NCBI GenBank assembly: GCA_041304825.1
Contig: JBFYMQ010000001.1
Span: 375 to 64,374, forward strand
Direction: 5' to 3'
DNA from: Thermoplasmatales archaeon
Lineage (GTDB): Archaea > Thermoplasmatota > E2 > DHVEG-1
DNA: 64,000 nucleotides
Position numbers and translations under genes: made by a program
The notes under the pieces: generated by a model
Database searches by the model: none
What the model was told of the DNA's origin: nothing
The model's input: the letters and a program-made list of their open reading frames with translations, nothing else
Part shown: piece by piece, positions 46,963 through 56,901 of the stretch
How positions within the stretch are numbered: position 1 is the first letter of the stretch
Layout: each line of letters opens with the position of its first letter

Positions 46963-48105
46963 ATGAGCGTAACAATTGGTTTTGTCGTCAATCCCATTGC
47001 TGGGATGGGTGGCCGAGTAGGACTCAAAGGCACAGATGACGTCCTTGACAAAGCAGTCAAGCTAGGCGCCCACCCTATCGCTCGACAGAAAGCTGAAGAG
47101 ATGCTCCGTGAATTCTCCAAGTTTTCATCGAATCACGCAGAGATTGTCTGGGTCACCTGCGACGGAGACATGGGAAACAATGAACTAGAGACTGTCGGAA
47201 TAAAAAATAAACAGATCGTCTACTCCCCGTCTGGAACTACCACCTCAGCAAATGACACCAAGAATGCTTGTAAAAAATTCATTGAATCTCCTCCAGATCT
47301 ACTCGTCTTCTGTGGTGGTGATGGGACAGCACGAGATATCTTCACAATAATCGATAAGAAGATCCCACTTCTTGGCGTGCCATCTGGCGTCAAAATGCAT
47401 TCTGGTGTCTTTGGAATCACTACGAATGCGACCGCGAAAATGCTCTGGGAGTTCATCAATAAACGACTGACCATTGGTGATGCTGAAATCATGGACGTTG
47501 ATGAGGAACTTTACCGGAAAGGGGAATGGAAGGTTCGATTGTATGGCATCGCAAAAGGCATCGTTGAACCAACCTACATACAAGTGGGGAAATCTTGTTT
47601 TGAATCAGTCTCAGACGATGAAGTAAAAGACGAACTGGCAGACCATGTCAAAGACGAACTAGAAAAACATCAGGATTGGTTGTTTTTGTTTGGTACAGGT
47701 GGGACGATTGACTATATTGCAAAGAAGCTCAATATTGAACACACCTTGCTAGGCATTGATGCAGTATATCAAAAAAAGCTCCTGGCAAAGGACGTCAACG
47801 AAGAACAAATTCTCCAGCTTTTAAAAAAATATCCTAACGTAAAAATTCTTCTTAGCCCCATCGGCGCGCAGGGTTTTATCCTTGGCCGTGGGAACCTTCA
47901 ACTCAGCCCTACGGTCATTAACAAAATAGGGATAGAAAATATCATCGTCGTCTCAGCTCCCTCGAAACTGATTCATACTCCTGTTCTGCGTGTTGACACC
48001 GGGGATAAGCGACTTGATCATCGTTTCGCAAACCAGGGATACCTCCTGGTGATTATCGGATACCGTCTCAGCAGGGTTGTGAAGCTTCAAACCAACAGCT
48101 TTTAA
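46963..48105 (+). CDS. ATP-NAD kinase / DAGK-superfamily protein (COG3199-like).
   Basis: Has the GGDGT motif (VFCGGDGTARDI) and the N-terminal IGFVVNPIAGMGG. Confidence 0.45.
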   Translation: MSVTIGFVVNPIAGMGGRVGLKGTDDVLDKAVKLGAHPIARQKAEEMLREFSKFSSNHAEIVWVTCDGDMGNNELETVGIKNKQIVYSPSGTTTSANDTKNACKKFIESPPDLLVFCGGDGTARDIFTIIDKKIPLLGVPSGVKMHSGVFGITTNATAKMLWEFINKRLTIGDAEIMDVDEELYRKGEWKVRLYGIAKGIVEPTYIQVGKSCFESVSDDEVKDELADHVKDELEKHQDWLFLFGTGGTIDYIAKKLNIEHTLLGIDAVYQKKLLAKDVNEEQILQLLKKYPNVKILLSPIGAQGFILGRGNLQLSPTVINKIGIENIIVVSAPSKLIHTPVLRVDTGDKRLDHRFANQGYLLVIIGYRLSRVVKLQTNSF

Positions 48106-48162
48106 TATCGGAATCTTATTTCCTGACCCCCTTGGGGACGTATCATTCTTGGAGGTAACATA

Positions 48163-49359
48163 ATGACACAAATTACAAAAAGAAACGCAAATAAATTTTT
48201 AAAAGACGAATACGATGAGTTAGTAAAAAATCATTTTGAGTGGAACATCCGAATTCTTGAGAGCGGTTCTCAGCCTCATTCTATTGTCAACGGTAAAGAA
48301 GTTATCATGATGTGTTCGAATAACTATCTTAATCTGAGCAACCATCCACGCCTTATCAAAGGAGCTATCGATGCTGCAAAGAAATATGGTGCCGGGTCTG
48401 GTTCTGTTCGAGCGATTGCCGGAACCCTGCAAATTCATACCGAAGTCGAAAAACGACTCGCAAAATTTAAAAGAACAGAATCTTCCTTGATTTACCAAAC
48501 CGGTTTTGCTGCAAATTCAGGTTTGATTCCCCAGCTTGTTGGTGAAGGCGATATTGTCATCAGCGATGAGCTTAACCATGGGAGCATCATTGACGGTGTC
48601 CGGCTCACCAGAGCTGATCGGGCGATTTACAAACATCGTGACATGAGTGACCTTGAACGGGTGTTGAAGGATGCGGATAAGAAATATCGTCGGATCCTCA
48701 TCATCAGCGATGGAGTCTTCAGCATGGATGGAGACATCGCCCCGATGGATAAGATTGTAAAACTAGCCAATGAGTTTGGAGCGATGACCTATGTTGATGA
48801 TGCTCATGGAGAAGGGGTCATCGGAGAGGATGGCCGTGGTATTGGCGCGCATTTCCATATCGAAGGAAAAATTGATGTGGAGATGGGAACGTTTAGTAAG
48901 GCATTTGGTGTCGTCGGTGGTCTCATCGCCGGCAGTCAAGACTTGGTGAACTTCGCGTATAACAAATCACGAACCTGGTTGCTCTCAGGATCACATCCCC
49001 CTGCAGTCTCTGGTGCTCAGCTTGCAGCTATCGATGTGCTTGAAACAGAACCAGAACATGTCAAAAGACTCTGGGATAATACAAAATATTTCAAGAAAGA
49101 ACTAAACTCCTTAGGGTTTAACACCGGGAACAGTGAGACACCCATTACGCCAGTCATTGTTGGAGACTCTGGAAAAGCAAAAGAACTCAGTAATAAACTC
49201 TATGATGAAGGCGTTTTTGCACTCCCCATTGTATTCCCGATGGTCGCACGGGATAAAGCTCGCATTCGAACCATGATGAACGCAGGTCTCACAAAGAAGG
49301 ATTTAGACTTTGCATTAGATAAATTCGAAAAACTAGGAAAGCAATTATCAATCATCTAA
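48163..49359 (+). CDS. kbl: Glycine C-acetyltransferase / 2-amino-3-ketobutyrate CoA ligase (AOS family, PLP-dependent).
   Basis: Has the AOS-family fold with GTFSKAFG (PLP Lys). At 398 aa it aligns end-to-end with Kbl/BioF. Confidence 0.75.
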   Translation: MTQITKRNANKFLKDEYDELVKNHFEWNIRILESGSQPHSIVNGKEVIMMCSNNYLNLSNHPRLIKGAIDAAKKYGAGSGSVRAIAGTLQIHTEVEKRLAKFKRTESSLIYQTGFAANSGLIPQLVGEGDIVISDELNHGSIIDGVRLTRADRAIYKHRDMSDLERVLKDADKKYRRILIISDGVFSMDGDIAPMDKIVKLANEFGAMTYVDDAHGEGVIGEDGRGIGAHFHIEGKIDVEMGTFSKAFGVVGGLIAGSQDLVNFAYNKSRTWLLSGSHPPAVSGAQLAAIDVLETEPEHVKRLWDNTKYFKKELNSLGFNTGNSETPITPVIVGDSGKAKELSNKLYDEGVFALPIVFPMVARDKARIRTMMNAGLTKKDLDFALDKFEKLGKQLSII

Positions 49360-49477
49360 ATGAAAAAGAGGAGATCGTGATATACGAATCTCCTCACATC
49401 AACACTCCACAAAGTATATATAAAAGATATGAGATTCGTTATCCAGTATTTTTCTGGTGTTTACTGGAGAGTAATTT

Positions 49478-50110
49478 ATGACAGAAGATTTAAAGAAAAC
49501 TGGTACGACAATTCTTGGAATGGTCTGTAAAGACGGTGTTGTAATCGCAACAGAAAGAAGAGCGACAATGGGGAACCTCATTGCCCATAAAAGCACAAAA
49601 AAACTGTATCAAATCGATAACCATCTCGCACTTGCGACGGCAGGGCTTGTCGGTGACCTGCAAGTTCTATCCCGGTATCTGAGTGCAGAGACGAAATTGT
49701 ATAGCTTAAAACGAGATGTAGAAATGTCTGTGCAAAGCGCAGCGACTCTCATGTCAAATATCTTGAACTCCCGGAAATTCTATCCCTATTATGTACAATT
49801 GATTCTTGGTGGATGGGATTCTGCCGGAGGACATGTCTATTCATTGGATGCAGCTGGTGGTTCTATCCCTGATAAATACACAGCCGGTGGATCTGGTTCA
49901 CCTTATGCGTTCGGTGTGTTAGAGGACTCTTTCCACGATGATTTAACCGTCAATGAGGGTATCGATCTTGCGTTACGAGCGGTTACTGCTGCGATGGGCC
50001 GAGATTCAGCCTCGGGAAACGGAGCTGATGTGGCAGTGATCACTGAGAAAGAATTCAAGATGATATCTGAAGATGAAATTAAGAAACGTTTGCAGAAGAT
50101 GGGGAAGTAA
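49478..50110 (+). CDS. psmB: Proteasome subunit beta.
   Basis: Has a propeptide then TTILG (Thr1), and GVVIATERRATMGNLIAHKSTKKLYQID. Confidence 0.9.
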   Translation: MTEDLKKTGTTILGMVCKDGVVIATERRATMGNLIAHKSTKKLYQIDNHLALATAGLVGDLQVLSRYLSAETKLYSLKRDVEMSVQSAATLMSNILNSRKFYPYYVQLILGGWDSAGGHVYSLDAAGGSIPDKYTAGGSGSPYAFGVLEDSFHDDLTVNEGIDLALRAVTAAMGRDSASGNGADVAVITEKEFKMISEDEIKKRLQKMGK

Positions 50111-50190
50111 CAATCCGTATTCTCAAAGGATAATTATCAGATAGAAACATGTTTAAGGATTCGTTTTACAAGCTTTAAAAAGGGTAGATT

Positions 50191-52101
50191 ATGACCGTTG
50201 ATGATGTTTTAGCAGAGATACGAGGCAAGATACGAAGCTCCATACCAGCAAGTGTTGACATCTCCGAAGTGGAATTCGAAGGCGCACTCCTGGTTATTTA
50301 CACAAAGACACCAGATAAATTTGCCAATAACAAGGATTTAGTAAAGAATATGGCGAAAAGTCTGCAGAAACGCATTGTGGTCCGTCCTGATCCTTCGGTT
50401 CTCACTGATATTGATATCGCAGAGAAGAAAATAAGACAGATCATTCCAAAGGAAGCAGAAATAACAAACATTTATTTTCAACCTGATGTCGGCGAAGTCA
50501 CCATTGAAGCGTTAAAACCTGGAGCTGCAATAGGGCGGGAAGGCCAACTCTTAAACGAGATACGCAAAAAGATCAACTGGGCACCCAGCATTGTTCGAGC
50601 ACCACCGATTCAATCAAAAACCGTACAGGAGATACGCGGGTACCTCCGTTCAATGAGCGATGAACGGAAGGATATTCTACGGAAGATAGGTCGGAAGATC
50701 CATCGTGGCTCTTCAACAGGGGAGAAATTCATCCGTATGATCGCCTTAGGTGGGTTTCGAGAGGTCGGTCGATCCTGTTCGATGTTACATACACAGGATA
50801 GCAAAGTATTGATCGACTGTGGTATTGATGTTTCATCGGATAACAACGGATCGCCCTACATTCATATGCCTGAGGTTCTGCCGTTGGAAAAAATTGATGC
50901 GGTGGTCATCACTCATGCACATCTTGATCACTGTGGCCTTGTCCCGATCCTCTACAAATATGGATATGATGGGCCTATCTATTGTACACCACCGACACGA
51001 GACCTGATGACCCTGCTACAAATGGATTATATTAAAGTAGCAGCTGCAGATGCAAAAAAGGTTCCGTACTCCTCTGAGAATATTCGCAATGTGATTAAAC
51101 ATTGTATCGTCATGGGCTATGGGGATACGACCGATATCACCCCTGATATCCGACTCACCTTCCATAACGCGGGTCATATCCTTGGGTCCTCCATTTGTCA
51201 TTTCCATATCGGTGACGGATTATACAACATCGCATTCTCCGGTGATATTAAGTTTGAACGCACCTGGTTATTCAATCCAGCAATCAACCATTTTCCTCGT
51301 GCAGAGGCTCTGGTCATCGAATCAACTTATGGAGGACACGATGATTTCCAGCCAAGCAGAAAAGAAGCAACAGACCGGTTGAAAGATATCATTCGCACCG
51401 CTGTTAAGAAAAAAGGGAAAGTCCTTGTTCCAGTTTTTGCTGTCGGGCGAAGCCAGGAAGTCATGATCGTCCTGGAAAACCTGGTGAAAATGAAGGAAAT
51501 CCCAGAGGTCCCCGTCTATCTTGATGGGATGATCTGGGAGGCGACCGCGATTCATACTGCGTATCCTGAGTATCTCAATAACAAACTTCGAACCCAGATA
51601 TTCCAACAGGGGGACAACCCCTTACTTTCAGAGATTTTCAAACGCGTCGATAGCGGCGAGATGCGGGAAAAAATCCTTGGGGAGAAAGATCCCTGCGTGG
51701 TGCTTGCCACTAGTGGTATGATGAACGGTGGTCCTGTCATGGAGTACTTCAAACACTGGTGCGGTGAAGCCAAAAACACGCTGGTCTTCGTCGGGTATCA
51801 AGCCGAGGGAACCATCGGTCGGCGGGTTCAACGTGGTGCAAAGGAAATACCTATGAATGTCGGAGGTAACATCGCCAGCCTACCCGTTGAGATGAACGTT
51901 GAAACCTGTGATGGGTTCTCAGGACATAGCGACCGAAGGCAACTTGTCGGGTTCATCAACAATATGTCACCGCGTCCGGAACGGGTCGTGTTTGGCCATG
52001 GTGAAGAATCAAAATGCGTTGATCTGTCATCGACCATTCATAAGCGACTCAACATGAACACCGCAGCCCCCTTCAACCTGGAGAGCATCCGATTCGTTTA
52101 A
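50191..52101 (+). CDS. fttA: aCPSF1 / FttA transcription termination factor (KH-KH, then metallo-beta-lactamase, then beta-CASP).
   Basis: It is 636 aa. Two N-terminal KH-like segments are present. It has HAHLDHCG (MBL motif 2) and the beta-CASP motifs. Confidence 0.9.
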   Translation: MTVDDVLAEIRGKIRSSIPASVDISEVEFEGALLVIYTKTPDKFANNKDLVKNMAKSLQKRIVVRPDPSVLTDIDIAEKKIRQIIPKEAEITNIYFQPDVGEVTIEALKPGAAIGREGQLLNEIRKKINWAPSIVRAPPIQSKTVQEIRGYLRSMSDERKDILRKIGRKIHRGSSTGEKFIRMIALGGFREVGRSCSMLHTQDSKVLIDCGIDVSSDNNGSPYIHMPEVLPLEKIDAVVITHAHLDHCGLVPILYKYGYDGPIYCTPPTRDLMTLLQMDYIKVAAADAKKVPYSSENIRNVIKHCIVMGYGDTTDITPDIRLTFHNAGHILGSSICHFHIGDGLYNIAFSGDIKFERTWLFNPAINHFPRAEALVIESTYGGHDDFQPSRKEATDRLKDIIRTAVKKKGKVLVPVFAVGRSQEVMIVLENLVKMKEIPEVPVYLDGMIWEATAIHTAYPEYLNNKLRTQIFQQGDNPLLSEIFKRVDSGEMREKILGEKDPCVVLATSGMMNGGPVMEYFKHWCGEAKNTLVFVGYQAEGTIGRRVQRGAKEIPMNVGGNIASLPVEMNVETCDGFSGHSDRRQLVGFINNMSPRPERVVFGHGEESKCVDLSSTIHKRLNMNTAAPFNLESIRFV

Positions 52102-52140
52102 ACAATATCAAGAGCGATAACCTGGAAAACAAGCGGAAGA

Positions 52141-53331
52141 TTACAAAAGTATTGCTTCTTTTCGTCCTATGAGTAAAACCCCAAGATAGGTTGGGACTTC
52201 TTGTGCTCCTTGCTCTAAATGATATCTCTGGTTTTTCATTTCAATAGTCACCTCTCGTTGCACAAGGATCTTCACAGGGTCTTCAGATAAAACGACTGCA
52301 TCCTGAAGGGGATCAAAGTCCTTTAAATCATCCACTTCTATTTTCACGACCTTCAACCCAGTTTTCCCATGAAGCGATGACGGTAATCTGATAAGTCGTT
52401 TCACATCACAGGTGACCGGTTCATCAGTTTCTCCGGCACTGAGAGACACTGCTGTTTTTCGTAACGCACTATTTAAAAAAAACTTCCTGATGGTCTTTGA
52501 CTGGTCAAGCAACCCGTCCTTAATCCGTCTCACTCTCTCCTCTGAAAGCTCCTGAACAAGTCGTTCTGCATCATGCGGACTCACCCCGTATTCCTCTAGT
52601 TTTTTCTCAGGATTCTCACTTTTTTTGATTTCATTGACCAGATCAATGATTCCTCGACTGATCCTACCTTTCCATCCATCTTGATCCGGGGTGGGCATCT
52701 TAAGGCTTTTTCCGCCAGCAAACGAGAAACTTCCATAGCTTTTTCTACTGGTAGCCTGTTCATGGAAGATAAGGGAATCCTGCAGATCACGTCCTGTGAT
52801 GTAATCAACAATCTCCCGTCGTTCGTTACTATCCAAATCGAGAATCGCTGGATCCTTTACATGACAATGATACCCTCTCCCTCCACTGAAATACAGCTCC
52901 ATATATTTTTCTTTAAACCCGAAATCCCCCAGTAAAAACTCATGAATCAATTTAATAAATTCTTTTTTTACTTCAACAAGGGATTCGACATACCCCATTT
53001 TATCCGCGTTTGGGAGATGATCAGAATCCAAATCGAAGATCAGCTCAGCACCCATCCAGAGTTTATCAGGCATTTTCGCAGCATCAGGATGCTGGTAATA
53101 CGCCGATGAATAATACGCATGCTGCGGGGCTCGTTCCTCTAGGAAATTCCAAATCATCTCTCGTTTCTCAAAACCCAGGTGTCGAATCATCCCTTTCCCG
53201 CCGAAAAGCAGGAAAGCAAATTCCCTACGTCCAAAGCGATCTGGAAGCTCTATCGTATTTGATGCATAATAGGCTTGAAACGTGCTTTTCAGAAATTCAA
53301 TTGACTTTTGAACTGAAGGTTCATCTCCCAT
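52141..53331 (-). CDS. priS: DNA primase small (catalytic) subunit PriS.
   Basis: Has GRREFAFLLFGG, ELIFDLDSDH (catalytic Asp pair) and SGGRGYHCHV. Confidence 0.8.
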   Translation of the reverse strand: MGDEPSVQKSIEFLKSTFQAYYASNTIELPDRFGRREFAFLLFGGKGMIRHLGFEKREMIWNFLEERAPQHAYYSSAYYQHPDAAKMPDKLWMGAELIFDLDSDHLPNADKMGYVESLVEVKKEFIKLIHEFLLGDFGFKEKYMELYFSGGRGYHCHVKDPAILDLDSNERREIVDYITGRDLQDSLIFHEQATSRKSYGSFSFAGGKSLKMPTPDQDGWKGRISRGIIDLVNEIKKSENPEKKLEEYGVSPHDAERLVQELSEERVRRIKDGLLDQSKTIRKFFLNSALRKTAVSLSAGETDEPVTCDVKRLIRLPSSLHGKTGLKVVKIEVDDLKDFDPLQDAVVLSEDPVKILVQREVTIEMKNQRYHLEQGAQEVPTYLGVLLIGRKEAILL

Positions 53332-53419
53332 GGTAAGAAATCACAATATCGTACCGGTGTATAATCTTTATCCATATCAGGAGATAAAGTTTTATTAACA
53401 GCAGACATTACCCTGTGCT

Positions 53420-54598
53420 ATGGGTAGTATTATTGAAGATGAATTATTCTCATCGTCTGTCATTAAGGATCTTCACGTGCTTGATTTTGATTACATCCCA
53501 AGCGAGCTACCCCATAGAACCGAGCAACTCAAAAAACTTGCTCAGATGTTCAAACCGGTTTTTGTCAACATCGCACAAAATGTGCTCATCCGCGGACCTG
53601 TCGGAACCGGTAAAACAGCCATGACGAAATATTTCTGTCAGTCGCTTGTTCAGATTGCGCGAAATCAAGGCAAGATACTCGAATATGTACATATCAATTG
53701 CAGAAAACGATCCACCGATGCAATGGTCTTGCTTGGCATATTAAGTCATTTTGATTCACGGTTCCCTGACCGGGGTTTTTCAGTGCAGGAGATGTTACAA
53801 ATCCTTCGTACGCATCTTCAGCGGAAAGAATCGCAGCTTCTTCTTGTGCTTGATGAGGTTGATGCGTTGGTAAAAAAAGGAAAATCGAATCTGATCTATG
53901 ATCTCACCCGGTTTAATGATGAGACTACAAAAACCGGGAATTCTGTCTCGGTTATCATGATTTCACAAAAGGATGTGTTCACCGAGCTGGAAGCAGCAGC
54001 GCTTAGCACGTTTAAACGCAGCAACACCATCGTCCTGGAGAAATATGTCCGTGACGAGTTGTATGATATCATACAACAGCGAGTGCGTCTTGCATTCCAT
54101 GCAAACACCGTTCGTTCTGAGAGCATCGAGCTTATCGCTGATATCGCCAGTGAATACGGAGACGCACGCTTTTCCATTGAACTCCTCTGGAAAGCAGGCA
54201 TGTATGCTGATGAGAAACACGTAAAACAGGTGATACCTGAGCACGTGCGTGCCGCTAAAGCAGAAACATACTCGGTCGTTACTGAGACAAAGTTAAAGAA
54301 TCTGGGCAAACATCAATTGCTCACCTTGCTTTCGATTGCCAAACGATTGCAAAAGGAGGATACAGCGTATGCAAACACAGGGGAAGTGGAGAAAACCTAT
54401 GCGATCACCTGCGAGGAGTACTCTGAGGATGCAAGGGCTCATACGATGTTTTGGAACTATCTGAAAGAAATCGAACTTGCTGGTTTCATCAGACTAAAGC
54501 CTTCAGGGAAAGGCCAGGTGGGGAACTCACAGTTTATCTCTCTTCCAGACATCCCTGCTGAGGTCTTACGCGTTAAACTAGAGGAGCTTCTCGCATAA
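53420..54598 (+). CDS. cdc6: Orc1/Cdc6 replication initiator.
   Basis: Has Walker A IRGPVGTGKTAM, AAA+ motifs and a C-terminal winged helix. Confidence 0.9.
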   Translation: MGSIIEDELFSSSVIKDLHVLDFDYIPSELPHRTEQLKKLAQMFKPVFVNIAQNVLIRGPVGTGKTAMTKYFCQSLVQIARNQGKILEYVHINCRKRSTDAMVLLGILSHFDSRFPDRGFSVQEMLQILRTHLQRKESQLLLVLDEVDALVKKGKSNLIYDLTRFNDETTKTGNSVSVIMISQKDVFTELEAAALSTFKRSNTIVLEKYVRDELYDIIQQRVRLAFHANTVRSESIELIADIASEYGDARFSIELLWKAGMYADEKHVKQVIPEHVRAAKAETYSVVTETKLKNLGKHQLLTLLSIAKRLQKEDTAYANTGEVEKTYAITCEEYSEDARAHTMFWNYLKEIELAGFIRLKPSGKGQVGNSQFISLPDIPAEVLRVKLEELLA

Positions 54599-55279
54599 GT
54601 TGATGAGAGGGCAGCTGCTGCAGCTTGGTTTTTTCTTCCAGCAGTGTTGTTTTGCAAGCTTTACAAGCAGCGCATGGAATTCTTTGTAGGTGGATGTTCG
54701 TAGGTTATCTGGGACTATTGATGAAAGCTCATTTCCAAAAAAATGTTGGATATCATCATAGGAATCAGTTGATACCGGCAATGGGAACCGTCGGCATATC
54801 CGTTTTGTATACGCATCAACAACAAAAACAGGATGATCACCGGCATACAGGAGAATAGAATCCGCTGTTTCAGGACCAATCCCGGGTAAGGATAAAAGCT
54901 CAAGACGGATGTCTGAGGTGTCCTGTGAGAAAAACTTCTGCAGATCCCCTGTGTATTCTTTTTCAAGATATGATGCGATGAACTTGAGTCGCTGTGCTTT
55001 TTGATTGAAGAACCCGGAGGATTGTATCATGATTCTGAGGTTTATTTCCTCAACATGTGTCAATGCAGGAATGGTGAAGGTTCTTTGTCTCTTGAGATTC
55101 TCAAGAGCTTTTTCAACGTTCGTCCACGCTGTGTTCTGAGTAAGAATCGCACCAATAATGATTTCAAAACGAGGGTCGCTATGTTGTTTCTGGTGGTACT
55201 TCTTATCGACAGGCCACCAGTGTTGTTGCCCAAAAGCTTTTAATAAAATCTCATAAAGATTCTTTACTGAAGTCGCCAT
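54578..55279 (-). CDS. nth: Endonuclease III-like HhH-GPD DNA glycosylase with a [4Fe-4S] loop.
   Basis: Has HhH LPGIGPETADSIL and C-terminal CWKKKPSCSSCPLINLC (C-x6-C-x2-C-x5-C). Its 3' end overlaps cdc6 by 21 nt, convergently. Confidence 0.8.
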   Translation of the reverse strand: MATSVKNLYEILLKAFGQQHWWPVDKKYHQKQHSDPRFEIIIGAILTQNTAWTNVEKALENLKRQRTFTIPALTHVEEINLRIMIQSSGFFNQKAQRLKFIASYLEKEYTGDLQKFFSQDTSDIRLELLSLPGIGPETADSILLYAGDHPVFVVDAYTKRICRRFPLPVSTDSYDDIQHFFGNELSSIVPDNLRTSTYKEFHALLVKLAKQHCWKKKPSCSSCPLINLCEKLL

Positions 55280-55299
55280 CGCAGCTCATCCTAGCTGTT

Positions 55300-55929
55300 T
55301 TAGAGGTTTTTTTCCACAATACTAAGGATTTCCGTGGATTTTTGCATAGCGATTTGCAGGAGTTCATGTAACTCAGTCGTAACCTGCTGGGTATACTCGG
55401 TGTCCTTTATGGAACTCAGATTAATCCGCACATTCAACATCGCAGCCTGCACTCCTGTCTGAGCCATCAAGGCTGATACTGCTGCATCGCTAACCGAATT
55501 TTTATTACCCTTTTCTGCAACGATATATGCGACATCAAGAATCTGAACACATTTTCGTGCAGTCTGCAGGGGGACCTCCGCTGCTTGTTTAAAGGCAGCT
55601 TGCATCGCGTTTCTTCTCTGCTCTTTTTGATCCTCTGTTTCTTTTGGCATTTTTAATGCCTTCATGACCTCATTAAACGCATCGGTATCCTCATCAACGA
55701 GATCCGTAAGATCCTTCCTGAGTTCTTCACTTTTCTCCAATGCCTCTGCGATTTCGTCCTGCACGGATTCATATCCTTGTTTTGCTTTGGTGAGGTTGCA
55801 GACCATTGATGTTAACGCAGCTCCAAGCGCTCCTGCGAGTGCAGCAACACTCCCTCCTCCTGGTGCAGGGCTGTTGGAAGCAACTTCATCGAGGAACATT
55901 TTTATATTCTGTTTGACGAGTTTTGTCAT
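55300..55929 (-). CDS. Formiminotetrahydrofolate cyclodeaminase (FTCD C-terminal-domain protein).
   Basis: Has PAPGGGSVAALAGALGAALTSMV, the FTCD_C signature. I took the start at MTKLVKQ (55929), not the track's upstream TTG/GTG-type start. Confidence 0.7.
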   Translation of the reverse strand: MTKLVKQNIKMFLDEVASNSPAPGGGSVAALAGALGAALTSMVCNLTKAKQGYESVQDEIAEALEKSEELRKDLTDLVDEDTDAFNEVMKALKMPKETEDQKEQRRNAMQAAFKQAAEVPLQTARKCVQILDVAYIVAEKGNKNSVSDAAVSALMAQTGVQAAMLNVRINLSSIKDTEYTQQVTTELHELLQIAMQKSTEILSIVEKNL

Positions 55930-55934
55930 GGGAA

Positions 55935-56843
55935 TCACTTCTTTATTTCTAAGAGTCGTTTTTCTAAGACCTGATCGACGGTGAATTTCTCCAATCGGAG
56001 GTAATGGGTTGCGCAATCAACTAATGCTTCTAGAGGGAGTAACCCGACAATCTCGCTACCGATGATTGGTACCCCATAGCGTTCTGCTTCGTTTTTTATG
56101 GTCTCAAATACCCGAAAGATCGATGTTTTTTGGTAGTTCGTCAGATTCATTGAGACCTGGACGATGCCTTTTTCTTTAATCTCAAATCCTTTTGCTTTCA
56201 CGTACCGGTACCCCCCGCTGCTATGACGCACTACTTTTGCTATCTCATCTGCTATCTTTATGTTGGTTGTACCAAGGTTGACATTAAAGGCGATAAGGAA
56301 AAATCGTGCTCCGACAGCGGTCGCCCCTGCAGTGGGATGTATTTTATTTGGGCCATAATCCGGTACTTTCTGAGGGTTTTTCCCAATCTCTGCTTTGAGT
56401 CCTTCATATTCTCCTCGTCGTACATCAGCAAGGTTTCGTCGGTCCTCTCGTTTCGCTGCTTCTTCATACAAATAACAGGGGACGTTGGTTTTCTCTGAGA
56501 ATTCCTTTGCAAAGTCATTGGCTAGTTGTACACATTCACTCATACCAACTTCTGTGATTGGGATGAAGGGGACGACATCGATTGCCCCCATGCGTGGGTG
56601 CTCCCCCTTGTGTTTATTCATATCAATTAGTTCGACACATTTCAGAGCGATTTCTAAGACTACGACCTTGACTGCTTCAGGGGGACCAATCAAGGTGACA
56701 TCGGTACGGTTATGATCCGCATCAGGGGTAAAATCCAGCAATGTAACGTCTGGATGATTCAGTATCAAGGTATGGATCGTGTCAATCGTTTGTTTATTTT
56801 TTCCTTCGCTGAAATTAGGAACACATTCTATGAGCCGAGCCAT
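55935..56843 (-). CDS. ftcD: Glutamate formiminotransferase.
   Basis: Starts MARLIECVPNFSEGKN, which is formiminotransferase-N, and aligns along the full length. Confidence 0.8.
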   Translation of the reverse strand: MARLIECVPNFSEGKNKQTIDTIHTLILNHPDVTLLDFTPDADHNRTDVTLIGPPEAVKVVVLEIALKCVELIDMNKHKGEHPRMGAIDVVPFIPITEVGMSECVQLANDFAKEFSEKTNVPCYLYEEAAKREDRRNLADVRRGEYEGLKAEIGKNPQKVPDYGPNKIHPTAGATAVGARFFLIAFNVNLGTTNIKIADEIAKVVRHSSGGYRYVKAKGFEIKEKGIVQVSMNLTNYQKTSIFRVFETIKNEAERYGVPIIGSEIVGLLPLEALVDCATHYLRLEKFTVDQVLEKRLLEIKK

Positions 56844-56901
56844 AGGTGGTCACCGTAAACCTTAATCAAAGGTCCTTCATTTAACCATTTGGGAACATCT
56901 T

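Noticed and set aside
53332-53419. Candidate replication origin between priS and cdc6.
   Set aside because: It is only 88 nt long. No ORB or mini-ORB repeats or AT-rich DUE are visible.
55300-56843. The split ftcD as a possible pseudogene or frameshift.
   Set aside because: Separate formiminotransferase and cyclodeaminase genes are a normal prokaryotic arrangement. Both ORFs are full-length, with their own start codons 6 nt apart.
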